Numbered from the stretch's first letter, positions 10,204 through 20,233 are shown. The stretch is DNA of 64,000 nucleotides from Promethearchaeota archaeon (GCA_019058245.1 JAHPZJ010000013.1:201166-265165); one strand, 5' to 3'. Notes: a model not told the origin generated them from the letters alone. Translations and numbers: made by a program.

Positions 10204-10629
10204 TCATTCTTTTACAATCAATTTTCCTCTTATTCGGAGTTTAACTCCTAACTTTTCTAATTTACTCCTATATTCAAAAATAATATCTCTTAGAATTTTT
10301 TTGCTAATTTCTAGTTGTTCAGCTAATATATCAAATTCTATCTCATTGAATAGTTCTGAGTACCTCACTAATTTCTGAATTGAATCTTGAATAACCTGAT
10401 CATAATCTGCAATCTCGATTTCCCTAGTAATATCATTTAAATCAATATCATAATTGCTCGTTAATAAATTTGGATTACTTTCAATCCAATTATGTATTAA
10501 ATTTCGGACTGTTTCTGAACGAGATTGTCTCCTCTTTTCTGCCATCAGATTAATAACTCTCTCATCAAAAGCATCGAGACTAAATGTAATTCTAGATAAA
10601 TCCGATGATTTCTTTGATTCTGATGGCAT
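10204..10629 (-). CDS. Ribbon-helix-helix (CopG-like) regulator with C-terminal winged-helix-like domain
   Basis: RITFSLD..INLMAEKRRQSRSETVRNLIHNWIE is an RHH pattern; C-terminal IEFDILAEQLEISKKILRDII is HTH-like. Confidence 0.75.
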   Translation of the reverse strand: MPSESKKSSDLSRITFSLDAFDERVINLMAEKRRQSRSETVRNLIHNWIESNPNLLTSNYDIDLNDITREIEIADYDQVIQDSIQKLVRYSELFNEIEFDILAEQLEISKKILRDIIFEYRSKLEKLGVKLRIRGKLIVKE

Positions 10630-10680
10630 TTTTTATCTATCCGACAAAATTTTGATATTTAATATAATCATTTTTTTTCG

Positions 10681-10743
10681 AATATTTAAATATTTGCACA
10701 AATGATCATTTAGTGCATCACTGAAGATGCATAGATTTATAAA
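10681..10743. promoter_or_regulatory. Palindromic operator array and TATA-like box in the divergent RHH / cyclin-box intergenic region
   Basis: AATATTTAAATATT (10681-94), TGCAC-AAATGATCATTT-a-GTGCA (10695-717), TGCATC-n6-GATGCA (10714-31), TTTATAAA (10736-43). Confidence 0.55.
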
Positions 10744-10804
10744 TGAAGAGGATCTTATAATATTCATATATTATTTGAATGTCATTTAAATATTATACCC
10801 TAGT

Positions 10805-11455
10805 GTGTGTAAAATGTTAGAACTTTATACTCCCCAATATGAAGAAATAAATACCAGAGAACGTATTACAATTGATATAATAAAGGATGGTCAAGAATTT
10901 TTACAGCAATTTGATATTAATCCTGACTATCTACTAGATACAGTTTCAGTTGTTTATAAATATTTGAGAAATAATGGTAAAATTCCTCATAATTTATATA
11001 AATTCTTTATTGCTGCTTATTATATAATTTCTCGACATCCTTTTGCCTTTCCTGTTCATGAAAGCAAAAAAACTTTCTGTGAAAGATTTAGACTCCCTAT
11101 AAGCGCGTTAGATTATTGCGTCGAAAGAATAGTGGATACATTGGATTATATTAGAATTTTAGACGATATGAATTTCCCTTATTTTATTGATCCTAAACGA
11201 GATATTTGCTTAAAATTTATAAAAAATCTCATTAGATCCAAAGTAGATAAAGCAATGATGCGTTTTTTAATAGGAAATCAGCCAATAAACTCTCAAATTC
11301 TTACTGAAGAATTGGTAAATGAGGTAATCTTTAAGCAAAAAGCTTTTCCTGAGGAGTTGTTAAGACAATTATTTGATATTGCTTTTGAATACGTTGAGGA
11401 AGGGTTTTTGGAATACAAGGAATATGTAAGATTGCAAAAAAAAATGTTTATATAA
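10805..11455 (+). CDS. Hypothetical protein with a cyclin-box/TFIIB-repeat-like region
   Basis: FLQQFDINPDYLLDTVSVVYKYL..FFIAAYYIISR..KKTFCERFRLPISALDYCVERI parallels the helices of a TFB cyclin repeat; no Zn ribbon. Confidence 0.55.
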   Translation: MCKMLELYTPQYEEINTRERITIDIIKDGQEFLQQFDINPDYLLDTVSVVYKYLRNNGKIPHNLYKFFIAAYYIISRHPFAFPVHESKKTFCERFRLPISALDYCVERIVDTLDYIRILDDMNFPYFIDPKRDICLKFIKNLIRSKVDKAMMRFLIGNQPINSQILTEELVNEVIFKQKAFPEELLRQLFDIAFEYVEEGFLEYKEYVRLQKKMFI

Positions 11456-11521
11456 CTCGTTCGTAATTTCTAAGCTAAATAGTCTTAGATTCTTTGGTTT
11501 CTTTTTTTGTTAAAAAATACT

Positions 11522-12379
11522 TTATTTTATGGTCTTTTTATTTTCATATAGATTTAAATTTTCTAAGATTGAATTAACTTTTGAAAATAGACCTAAAATT
11601 AAACTTAATTCCTTGGTTGACATCATACTACGTCCAAAAATATTTTTAAATGCATAAAATACATTTTCTTCTTTATAAGACCGAATTTTCAATGTTTCTA
11701 TAATATTTTTCATTATTTTATATAAAATTTGACGATCTTTTTTATCAGCAAGTAACACAGGATTTTCTCCTCGACCAATAGTCAAGAAATTAATTTTTTT
11801 AAACATCTCGTACAAAACTATTCCACAAGCATGTGATAAATTTAATGCAGAATATTTAGTACTCGTGGGGATTCTTAATATTATATCAGCAAGACTTATC
11901 TGTTCATTTGTCAACCCTCGAGATTCTTTTCCAAAAAGAATAGCAATTTTTAATGATTTTTCTGAGATTGGAAGATTTAAATTCTCTGGAAAAACAGCTA
12001 ATCTTCTAATATTTGAATAGTTCTTCCCTTTAGCAGTTGTAGCAATTATATAGTCAAATCCCTCAAGTAATTTTTTCAGTTCTGATAAATGATTATCCTG
12101 ATTTTTCAATTCTATAATTTTAGCGTTAAAAAGTATATCTTTACCATGCATAGCAAAACCTTGAGTTTCATAGCTTAATATCTTATTACCTCTTTCAATT
12201 GGATTAAAAATGATAAGATTTTTAAAATTGAAATTTTCCATAATACGAGCTACTGCCCCTATATTCCCGGCATTCTCTGGTTGAACTAAAATTATAGTAA
12301 ATAAGAGATTTTTATATTCATTCATTATATGAGTCTCTTGAAAATTTTCAATCTCATTTTTATTTTTTTTTTTATTCAA
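11522..12379 (-). CDS. trmJ: tRNA/rRNA 2'-O-methyltransferase, TrmJ/SpoU family
   Basis: ILVQPENAGNIGAVARIMENF, ILFGKESRGLTN, ALNLSHAC. Confidence 0.9.
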   Translation of the reverse strand: MNKKKNKNEIENFQETHIMNEYKNLLFTIILVQPENAGNIGAVARIMENFNFKNLIIFNPIERGNKILSYETQGFAMHGKDILFNAKIIELKNQDNHLSELKKLLEGFDYIIATTAKGKNYSNIRRLAVFPENLNLPISEKSLKIAILFGKESRGLTNEQISLADIILRIPTSTKYSALNLSHACGIVLYEMFKKINFLTIGRGENPVLLADKKDRQILYKIMKNIIETLKIRSYKEENVFYAFKNIFGRSMMSTKELSLILGLFSKVNSILENLNLYENKKTIK

Positions 12380-12676
12380 ACAAAATCACGCTTAATATTT
12401 CTAATATATTTTCAATATTTCAATTCATAATAAATCTAAATTATCAAATATTAAGTTTATTTTCTATTCTATTCTGTTCATTAAAAATAAAGCTTAATCC
12501 TATATAAGAACGAATAAATTATTCACTACTTTTGTTTTATTAAATAACCTAAATGAAAGATATAAATATGAAAAATCTCATTAATTTGTTAAATTATCAA
12601 TTTTTCATTTGAAAACATTAACTTTAATAAAACAATATTAACAATTTTAAAATCAATATAAGATTAGATTGAGATT

Positions 12677-13270
12677 ATGGCAGTCTATAAAAATATCGCA
12701 GAATTCCTTGAATTTATAAATATTAGCAACGATAACTTTACTCTTTTTGAATGGAAACCAGCAAGATCTATGAGGAGATTTGATTTAGATCTAAATATAG
12801 TAAAAGAAAATCCCATCACTGACATTTTCTTTCATAAAGATAAGGGTAATATGAAAATTGTATATATAAGAAAGCATAATCTTATATATACAGTAGGTGC
12901 TAGCCCTCGAGTCCAATATCAATTACTGGAAGCGTTATTAGAATATATAGACTTATTATTCAACGATTTTTATGATATAGAGGTGATATTATCTTATAGC
13001 GATTTTTCTCCAGGTATTTTTAATGGATTCAAGGAAAGTGTTGAAAATACTATAAGAGATTTTGCTGATTTAGATTTGGTTAAAAGGATTTTAGTAGAAT
13101 GCCGGGTATGTAATACAGTTCTCCCATTATTTATAAAAAAAAGTATGATTGAAAATGCCGAATCTTACCCTGTTCCTATAGTATATGAACACCGGGGTCA
13201 CGCGATATTATGTTTTATCGATAAAAATTTTCATCATCGTGGTGTTGAACTAGTCAATATTTCAGGATAG
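12677..13270 (+). CDS. Longin-like domain + C-terminal Cys/His metal-binding domain protein
   Basis: Beta-beta-alpha-beta-beta-beta-alpha pattern (MKIVYIRKHNLIYTVGA..LLEALLEYIDLLFNDFY), then CRVC..HRGH..FIDKNF..RGVE. Confidence 0.55.
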   Translation: MAVYKNIAEFLEFINISNDNFTLFEWKPARSMRRFDLDLNIVKENPITDIFFHKDKGNMKIVYIRKHNLIYTVGASPRVQYQLLEALLEYIDLLFNDFYDIEVILSYSDFSPGIFNGFKESVENTIRDFADLDLVKRILVECRVCNTVLPLFIKKSMIENAESYPVPIVYEHRGHAILCFIDKNFHHRGVELVNISG

Positions 13271-13353
13271 AAAAATATTAAAGCCTATTTTTGAGTGATT
13301 ATTCTTAAATTCTCAATAATGAATTTTAAAAGGATAATAAAAATAATATACAT

Positions 13354-14394
13354 ATGGAAGAAAATCAGAATTCTGATGATCAACCCTTTTTTGAGGATGT
13401 TGTAAAAAAAACAAAAACAGGCATTACTTTTCCAAAAGAGTTAAGGGACTCATTATTTGAGGAAGATGCTGACATTTTTTTCAAATTAGTGGTTCCAAAA
13501 GAGAAAGATAAAATAATCTTGGAGTTTTTATCTGATGAAGAAGCTAAAGAATTATCTGAGAAATCAAAAACTAAGAAAGCTAAAGTAATTCCTACTTCAA
13601 GTGCTTCTGGAGAAAAAGGAAAAAAAACTACTAAAAAAACTTCAGCTCTAACCCCCGCTTGGGGTGAATATTTTGTTTATGATTTTGAAGCAAAAGATAA
13701 AATCATTCCTATTTTAGAATCTGCTTTTTATAAGTTCGCTGAAACTCCCTTAAACTTAGAAGATGCCATGGGACGAGTAAAATACGCATTGGTGTCTTTT
13801 CTTACCTCTACTAAAACGGAAAATGCTAAACTATATTTTGCTATTGAAAAATTCTTGATAGATATTATTGATAAGTTTGATCAACCAAATTTGCTTGATT
13901 GGATCTTTGAAAAAATTATACCAAATATTGAAAGCAAATTCCTTTATGAATTAGCATTATTAGAATTGGTTGAAGCTAGTTTGAAATTTAAAAGATGGGA
14001 GAAAGCAGAAATCTATATATTCTATGTGTTAAAAAACATCGATAGCTATGCAAAATCAGAAATGTATAACATTATGAACAGCTTTAAACAATTAGTTAAG
14101 AAAGTTAAATATGTTGAGAGAAGCGATAAAATTGATATTTTACTTAAAGAGAAGCTAATGGAATACGGTAAGGGGGTTGATTTAGATTACAAAATTCAAA
14201 TTGTTGAATTTCTTGAAGATTTACAGTATATCGAACTAGCATATAATCTAGCAAAAGAAATTCAAGTAAGTTTACCTCCCGAAAGTATGAAAATTGAGGA
14301 AATAAGAAAAATAGTCAGAAGATTACATACTGCCCCTATCGAAAGTAAACCCGTTTCAAGTACAGATTTTGAAGAAGATGATCCAGAGGATTAG
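13354..14394 (+). CDS. Hypothetical protein: AbrB/SpoVT-like N-terminus + helical repeat region
   Basis: KTKTGITFPKELRDSL..FKLVV..KIILEF resembles AbrB; the rest is all-helical and TPR-like. Confidence 0.5.
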   Translation: MEENQNSDDQPFFEDVVKKTKTGITFPKELRDSLFEEDADIFFKLVVPKEKDKIILEFLSDEEAKELSEKSKTKKAKVIPTSSASGEKGKKTTKKTSALTPAWGEYFVYDFEAKDKIIPILESAFYKFAETPLNLEDAMGRVKYALVSFLTSTKTENAKLYFAIEKFLIDIIDKFDQPNLLDWIFEKIIPNIESKFLYELALLELVEASLKFKRWEKAEIYIFYVLKNIDSYAKSEMYNIMNSFKQLVKKVKYVERSDKIDILLKEKLMEYGKGVDLDYKIQIVEFLEDLQYIELAYNLAKEIQVSLPPESMKIEEIRKIVRRLHTAPIESKPVSSTDFEEDDPED

Positions 14395-15659
14395 GTTTTT
14401 TTATTTTCTTCTTCTTTATGCCCCTCTTTTAATTCATCCTCAACTCTCTTCATTTCTTGGTCCATTATTTTCTGTTCCTTTTGTTCTATAGATTTTTGTT
14501 TTAATTCAATTTCAACTTGAGATAATTCTTTTTCTTTTTCAATTAACTCTTCTTTTATTTTTAATACTTTTTCTCGCTCTAGAATTTCTTTTTCTTCTAA
14601 TTCCTTTTCTTTCTCTTCAATCTCTAATTTTTTTTTTTTGATTTCAATGTCCTTCTTTTTTAGTTCAATCTCTTTATCAATAATTTCCTCTTCTTTTTTC
14701 TTGAGTTTTTTAGGAATTTTTTTTTCAATTTCCTCTCCCATTTCACTTTCTTTTTCTAAGATTTCTTCTTTTAATTTAAGGACTTCTTCTTTTTTTTGCA
14801 TTACTTTTTCTTCTATTTCCTTCTTTTTTTCTTCTAATTCTAATTTTCTTTTCTTAATTTCTAATTCTTTCTTTTTTAGTTCAAATTCTTTATCCAATAT
14901 TTCAGATTCTTCTTTTTCAAGAGAAATTTCTTTTTTTTCATCCGCTTTTAATTTTTCAATTTGATCTTCAGGAATTTCTTTTTTTATATTTTCTTCTTCT
15001 ACAATTTCTTCAATTTTATCAACAGAAACTATGGATTTTAAAATCTGATCGATATATTCTTTTAAGACTTCATTTTCTGGAATATCAGCAATCTGTTTTA
15101 TATAATCTTTTAAGATTTTTGTTAGAAAACCAGGAGACCTATTTCCTATTATTTTTAGTACCTGTAATGCTTTTTCTATTACAAAGTCTTTATCATCGGA
15201 TAACCTTTTTAAGATAACGTTTATAAGCTCGATATTATCGATTGATGCTTCTCCTCCAACCATATAGATTAATAACTGTAAAGCAGCTTCTCGAACATTA
15301 GGATCTTCTGAATTCAATAAATCTTCACTATAAGGAAGAAATAAATTAGCTTCATCTTCACAAATTGTTTTTAAAAGTAGTAAAAACGTATATCTTAGTA
15401 CCGAATCTTTTTTCGATAAATTTTCTAATAAAGATGGTATATCAATAATAAGGTTTTCAATTAAGAAGCGTAAAACGGTTCGTCCTCCATGTAATGTTAA
15501 TAAAGATTCAATTACTTCTTCAAGTCTCGCTAAGTATTCCACTTCATTAGCATCTCCGATAAAGAGTGCAATAATTTGTACGGCATCGTCAAATCTACCA
15601 TCATTTACAAAATCTTTTATTTGACTAATTTCTATCGCATCATTTTTTTCATCATTCAT
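14391..15659 (-). CDS. HEAT-repeat protein with long E/K-rich coiled-coil tail
   Basis: LLNSEDPNVREAALQLL, LSDDKDFVIEKALQVL HEAT motifs; about 190 aa of E/K-rich tail containing an internal duplication. Confidence 0.8.
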   Translation of the reverse strand: MNDEKNDAIEISQIKDFVNDGRFDDAVQIIALFIGDANEVEYLARLEEVIESLLTLHGGRTVLRFLIENLIIDIPSLLENLSKKDSVLRYTFLLLLKTICEDEANLFLPYSEDLLNSEDPNVREAALQLLIYMVGGEASIDNIELINVILKRLSDDKDFVIEKALQVLKIIGNRSPGFLTKILKDYIKQIADIPENEVLKEYIDQILKSIVSVDKIEEIVEEENIKKEIPEDQIEKLKADEKKEISLEKEESEILDKEFELKKKELEIKKRKLELEEKKKEIEEKVMQKKEEVLKLKEEILEKESEMGEEIEKKIPKKLKKKEEEIIDKEIELKKKDIEIKKKKLEIEEKEKELEEKEILEREKVLKIKEELIEKEKELSQVEIELKQKSIEQKEQKIMDQEMKRVEDELKEGHKEEENKKT

Positions 15660-15685
15660 ATTATTTTCCTCTTTTTATCTTTTTT

Positions 15686-16639
15686 CTATACCCAAATTAT
15701 ATAATAATCGGTATAAATTCGAGTTATAAAATTAAAAATTAATCTCAAATCTCTAAATCTTAATCGTGATTTTTGACCCTCTTCATTATAATTATTAGTT
15801 AAAAGATTAATGTACATAATAATTTCTAGGTTTTGATTCTTATCAGTATTTAAATTTATTTGATCACAATATTGAGTCAATGCATTAAGATCTTCCCAAA
15901 AAGTATTCCAGAAATATTGGTCTGCCTTAGATTCCTGAGATTCAGATGGATCTCTTGAAATTCCTGTTAGAACGTCAGAAGGTACTTTAAGTGCAATTTC
16001 TATATGCTTAGAGGTAACATATGTTAAACTCACTTCAGGAAAATATAGGGCTGCATAAAATTTACATATCCCATATAATAATTCAAGACTAGCAATATCT
16101 TCACGATTAGCATTGCATAGAACATAATTTTCTTTTAAAAAAACAATATGCAAACGATCTCCGAATTTGAAAATAATATAATCATCAATTAATAAATAAT
16201 TAAAATTTTCATTCCTATTATGGATTCTATCATCAAAAATCTTAAAAATATCATCCCATTTTTTGATTGAAACGAACTTATTCAATTTACGATAATCACC
16301 ATGAAAGAAAATATCTAGAAAATCAATTAAGTAAAGATAATTATCGTAGGGTCGATAAATCACCGTTTTATTCCTAAAATACCTTTCATTAACTCCTTTA
16401 TGGACACTATAACAAAATTTTGGTAAATCTTCAATAGTTAATCCTGCCTTAATTCTTAATTTAAGTAAAAAACGTCGTGAGCACTTTGGCTGTAAAGTGC
16501 ATGCTATTCTATCTCGCTCACATTCCTCAAAACATAATTTATCTATTCGAGTTTTTAAAATATTTATTAACTCTGATTTAGTTTTTGCATCAGATTCATT
16601 ACGTAAATACTTTAAAATATGTTCTTCATTTAAAGGCAT
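15686..16639 (-). CDS. Hypothetical protein with N-terminal Cys cluster
   Basis: 317-aa ORF; CFEEC-x6-C-x5-C..FCYSVH; no family recognised. Confidence 0.7.
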   Translation of the reverse strand: MPLNEEHILKYLRNESDAKTKSELINILKTRIDKLCFEECERDRIACTLQPKCSRRFLLKLRIKAGLTIEDLPKFCYSVHKGVNERYFRNKTVIYRPYDNYLYLIDFLDIFFHGDYRKLNKFVSIKKWDDIFKIFDDRIHNRNENFNYLLIDDYIIFKFGDRLHIVFLKENYVLCNANREDIASLELLYGICKFYAALYFPEVSLTYVTSKHIEIALKVPSDVLTGISRDPSESQESKADQYFWNTFWEDLNALTQYCDQINLNTDKNQNLEIIMYINLLTNNYNEEGQKSRLRFRDLRLIFNFITRIYTDYYIIWV

Positions 16640-16877
16640 TTAAATTACTATTTAAATAATTTTTTTTTAATTTTTATTAATCTTCAGTAGTTAAGATTTA
16701 TGAAGTTTTCACTTACTCTATAGAATAAATATTATTAAATTCTAAAATTTTTTATTATTTTTCTTAATAATAAGTATAGAAGTTTTAATTCTATTGTCAA
16801 TTAAAATTATTAATAAACATTTCTTCTTTACTAATAAAAATAACATTTCCAATCAAATCAATTAGGTTTAAAAGAAT

Positions 16878-18437
16878 ATGTTGAGGCAAATCCATATTTT
16901 TCTAAAATCAGAGCTAATATTTGTTAAAAATTACGCCATGGCTCTTGGAAGTGAAGAATTAGATAACGTAATGAAGATTATACAAAAATACATCGATATG
17001 CCAATACCAGGTAAAACTTTTCAGAGGAATTTAACAGAATTTCAGATATTTCATAGAGCATCTGATAATTTATATTTTCTCTTTATTACAGATCTAGTTG
17101 ATTCACTCCAATATATTGATGAAATGATTATAAAAATTATTGAGAAATTCAAACAAATATTTCCTAATCCTTCAAACGCAAGTGAAACTGGAACTTCTAA
17201 TGATGAATTTAATGATTTTTTAAATCAATTACAAAAAGATCTACATTCAAAAATAGCAATAATAGGACCTACAGAAGCAGGAAAAACAACTCTCTATAAT
17301 ATGTTGAGAAGTGGGGAAGAAAAAATCCATATGGATTTTGCTAAAACATCAACAATGCAAATTGATAGTATTAGTTTTGATCTTTGGGATTTCCAATTAA
17401 AAGATAATTTCTCTCTTCTTTGGTCAAAATTTATTCGAGGATCTGATTTAGTTATCCTTCTGTTTAATTTAGCAAATTATAACTTAAAAATGATGGATCA
17501 TTTTATGAAACTTCATAAAATAGATGGTAAATATTCAAAATTATTAATTCTTGGAAATAAAAGAGATTTAATAGAAGACACAGATATAAAAAGGATAAAA
17601 AATGAGTTAAGTATTACTGATTTTGAAGAAATATCATTAAACACTTCTGATGCGAAAGAACAAATTAATCAACTTATTATAAAGACTTTAAATTTAAGGA
17701 AAGAATTACCTTCTGATTTTTTTGATTTATTAAAAAAAACAGATAGCTTAGTTTTAGAGGGAAAAAGAGTCGAAGCATTAGCTAATTATAAAGAATTACT
17801 TAATACTAGCAAGAATTATCATAATATAAAATACACAAAAGCTATAGAAAAAAAAATTGAAAACTTACATCTTAAAATTCAAGAAGAAATTGACAAAAGG
17901 AAGGAAATTGTAAAAGATAAAGATTTTGGACCAGCAAAACCATTATTATTTACACGAAAGGTCACAGTAAAGCCTCTCCCAGATGCATTAGATTCAGACA
18001 AAACTTTAGATATAAAACCATTACCTAAAGAAAAACCAGAAATTCCTTCAGAATCCGTTAAAGGATTAGTTTCTTTTCAAAAACTTGATATAGAAAAAGA
18101 AATAAAAACTCCAATAACTGAAAAGCATCAATTAAAAATTATTAAACCAATCTCAACTTCAAAAAAGAGAAAAAAAGAATCAAAACCAGAAACAGAAATG
18201 CCACTTGAATTATTTGGACCTCATAAAGAACTAAAAGAAGATATTAAAAAACCTCTAGTTATTGATTTTACCAAGGAACTACAAAAGATAATATTTCAGA
18301 AAGGAAGCTCTCTTAGTTTAGAATTATGTGAGAATTTAATTATGGAATTAGAAAGATCTTTAGAAAGGCCTATTACAATTGAAGATATTGAATTAGCAGC
18401 AAATTTTTTTGTGAAACAAGAACAAAGTTCTCAGTAA
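16878..18437 (+). CDS. Longin + Ras-superfamily (Arf/Rab-like) GTPase fusion with helical C-terminal extension
   Basis: N-terminal longin pattern (MLRQIHIF..FHRASDNLYFLFITD..IIEKFKQIF); G1 GPTEAGKTT, G3-position WDFQ, G4 NKRD, G5-position ISL. Confidence 0.85.
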   Translation: MLRQIHIFLKSELIFVKNYAMALGSEELDNVMKIIQKYIDMPIPGKTFQRNLTEFQIFHRASDNLYFLFITDLVDSLQYIDEMIIKIIEKFKQIFPNPSNASETGTSNDEFNDFLNQLQKDLHSKIAIIGPTEAGKTTLYNMLRSGEEKIHMDFAKTSTMQIDSISFDLWDFQLKDNFSLLWSKFIRGSDLVILLFNLANYNLKMMDHFMKLHKIDGKYSKLLILGNKRDLIEDTDIKRIKNELSITDFEEISLNTSDAKEQINQLIIKTLNLRKELPSDFFDLLKKTDSLVLEGKRVEALANYKELLNTSKNYHNIKYTKAIEKKIENLHLKIQEEIDKRKEIVKDKDFGPAKPLLFTRKVTVKPLPDALDSDKTLDIKPLPKEKPEIPSESVKGLVSFQKLDIEKEIKTPITEKHQLKIIKPISTSKKRKKESKPETEMPLELFGPHKELKEDIKKPLVIDFTKELQKIIFQKGSSLSLELCENLIMELERSLERPITIEDIELAANFFVKQEQSSQ

Positions 18438-18604
18438 AACATTTCTTTACGTTCAATTTATAAGTTCAGATATAGTTCATAATATACTTCTTTTAAAATA
18501 ATTGAATATATAATATATTACTAGATATATTTTATCGTTTTGATTATTGAATTAAATAAGTTTATATTTAGAATTGCTATAAAGGTGAATTAAAAATTAG
18601 TGCA

Positions 18605-20089
18605 ATGAGAGAACTCAAGGAATATTTTACTGAAAATACGAGATTGAACTATATTCTAGCATTGTTAGAATGGGATCAACAAGTGAATATGATGAATTAC
18701 AAAAATGTTATAGGACGATCAGAACAAATGGCTCTTATAACCAAGCTTATACATAAGAGATTAGTATCAAATGAAGCGGGTGAGATTATAAAACGCGCAG
18801 AAAAACTTGGAGATCTCAATGATATTGATACAGCTATGTTAAGAGAAGCAAAGAGAGCATACGATCAAGAAATCAAATTACCCGAAGAATTGGTTATAGA
18901 AATACAAAAAACTTCCGCAATAGCACAGCAAACATGGCAAAAAGCAAGACAAAAAAATGACTTTAAATCATTTATTCCTTTATTGGAAAAAACTATAGAA
19001 TTACAAAGAGATAAAGCAAGGAAACTTGAAACTCACTCTGATTTATATTCAACCTTAATTGATTTATATGAACCTGGAGCTACTTATGATTGGATCGCCA
19101 ATATATTTAATCCAATAAAACCAAGATTAACTGATTTTGTTAAAAAGCTAGAATCTAGCGCTGAAAAACCTGATGATTCTATATTAAATAAAGAATATGA
19201 TCCCGATAAACAATTTAAATTGAGTTATGAAATTTTAGAAAAATTAAATTATGATTTTAAACAGGGACGGCAAGATCGATCCACACATCCTTTTACTACA
19301 TCGTTAGGTTCATTAGATGTAAGAATTACAACTAGAACCACAGAACCCTTTCCATCTTGTATTACTGGTACTATTCATGAGTGTGGTCATGCTCTTTATG
19401 AAATGGGAATAATGAAAGAATTGCATGATACTATCTTATGTACTGGTACTTCAATGGGGATACATGAATCCCAATCAAGGCTTTGGGAAAACGTAGTTGG
19501 AAGAAGTAAAGAATTTTGGACATACTGGTACCCAACTTTTCAAAAATATTTTCCAGAAAACTTAAATAATTACCCTATGGAAGAATTTCATAGAGCTATC
19601 AATTATGTTCATCCATCATTCATAAGAGTAGAAGCAGATGAAGTAACTTATGGATTGCATATTATTCTTCGATTTGAGATTGAGAAAGGCTTGATTGATG
19701 AGAAAATTCAAGTGAAAGAATTACCAGAATTATGGAATTCTAAATTTGAGGAATTACTTGGAATTGTCCCCCCAAATGATACACTAGGTGTTTTACAGGA
19801 TGTTCATTGGGGAAATGGATATATTGGATACTTTCCCACATATTTTCTAGGAAATCTCTATTGTGCTCAATTCTATAATAGTGCTCTAAAAGAAAATCCA
19901 AAATTACCTGAAGATTATAAGAGTGGAGAATTTTCAAATTTACTAAAATATCTCAGAAATAATATTCATCAATATGGAAGTATTTATCGAGCTAATGATC
20001 TAATAAAGAGAGTTACAGGGGAAGATTTAAATCCTGATTATTTTATGAAATACATTGAAACGAAATTTTATCCTATTTATGGATTATAA
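18605..20089 (+). CDS. Carboxypeptidase, M32 (Taq) family
   Basis: HPF, DVRITTR, HECGH, HESQS, IRVEADE, QDVHW, GYFPTY. Confidence 0.95.
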   Translation: MRELKEYFTENTRLNYILALLEWDQQVNMMNYKNVIGRSEQMALITKLIHKRLVSNEAGEIIKRAEKLGDLNDIDTAMLREAKRAYDQEIKLPEELVIEIQKTSAIAQQTWQKARQKNDFKSFIPLLEKTIELQRDKARKLETHSDLYSTLIDLYEPGATYDWIANIFNPIKPRLTDFVKKLESSAEKPDDSILNKEYDPDKQFKLSYEILEKLNYDFKQGRQDRSTHPFTTSLGSLDVRITTRTTEPFPSCITGTIHECGHALYEMGIMKELHDTILCTGTSMGIHESQSRLWENVVGRSKEFWTYWYPTFQKYFPENLNNYPMEEFHRAINYVHPSFIRVEADEVTYGLHIILRFEIEKGLIDEKIQVKELPELWNSKFEELLGIVPPNDTLGVLQDVHWGNGYIGYFPTYFLGNLYCAQFYNSALKENPKLPEDYKSGEFSNLLKYLRNNIHQYGSIYRANDLIKRVTGEDLNPDYFMKYIETKFYPIYGL

Positions 20090-20233
20090 GTTTCTATTTT
20101 TATCTTATTTCTTAATAGCCTTTTTTTTATGAAAAACAATAATATTATTATTATTAAAATCAAAACTTATATGTAAAATATAACCTAAACTTTACAAAAG
20201 ATATTAGAAAATTTCTCATATTAAGATTTAATT

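Noticed and set aside
9432-10629. DUF559 + RHH as a mobile element or toxin-antitoxin cassette
   Set aside because: Convergent orientation, no integrase or transposase, no terminal repeats, and the small ORF belongs to a local paralog family with no toxin motif
14638-14964. F/S-rich 108-aa ORF
   Set aside because: Antisense of the E/K-rich coiled-coil tail
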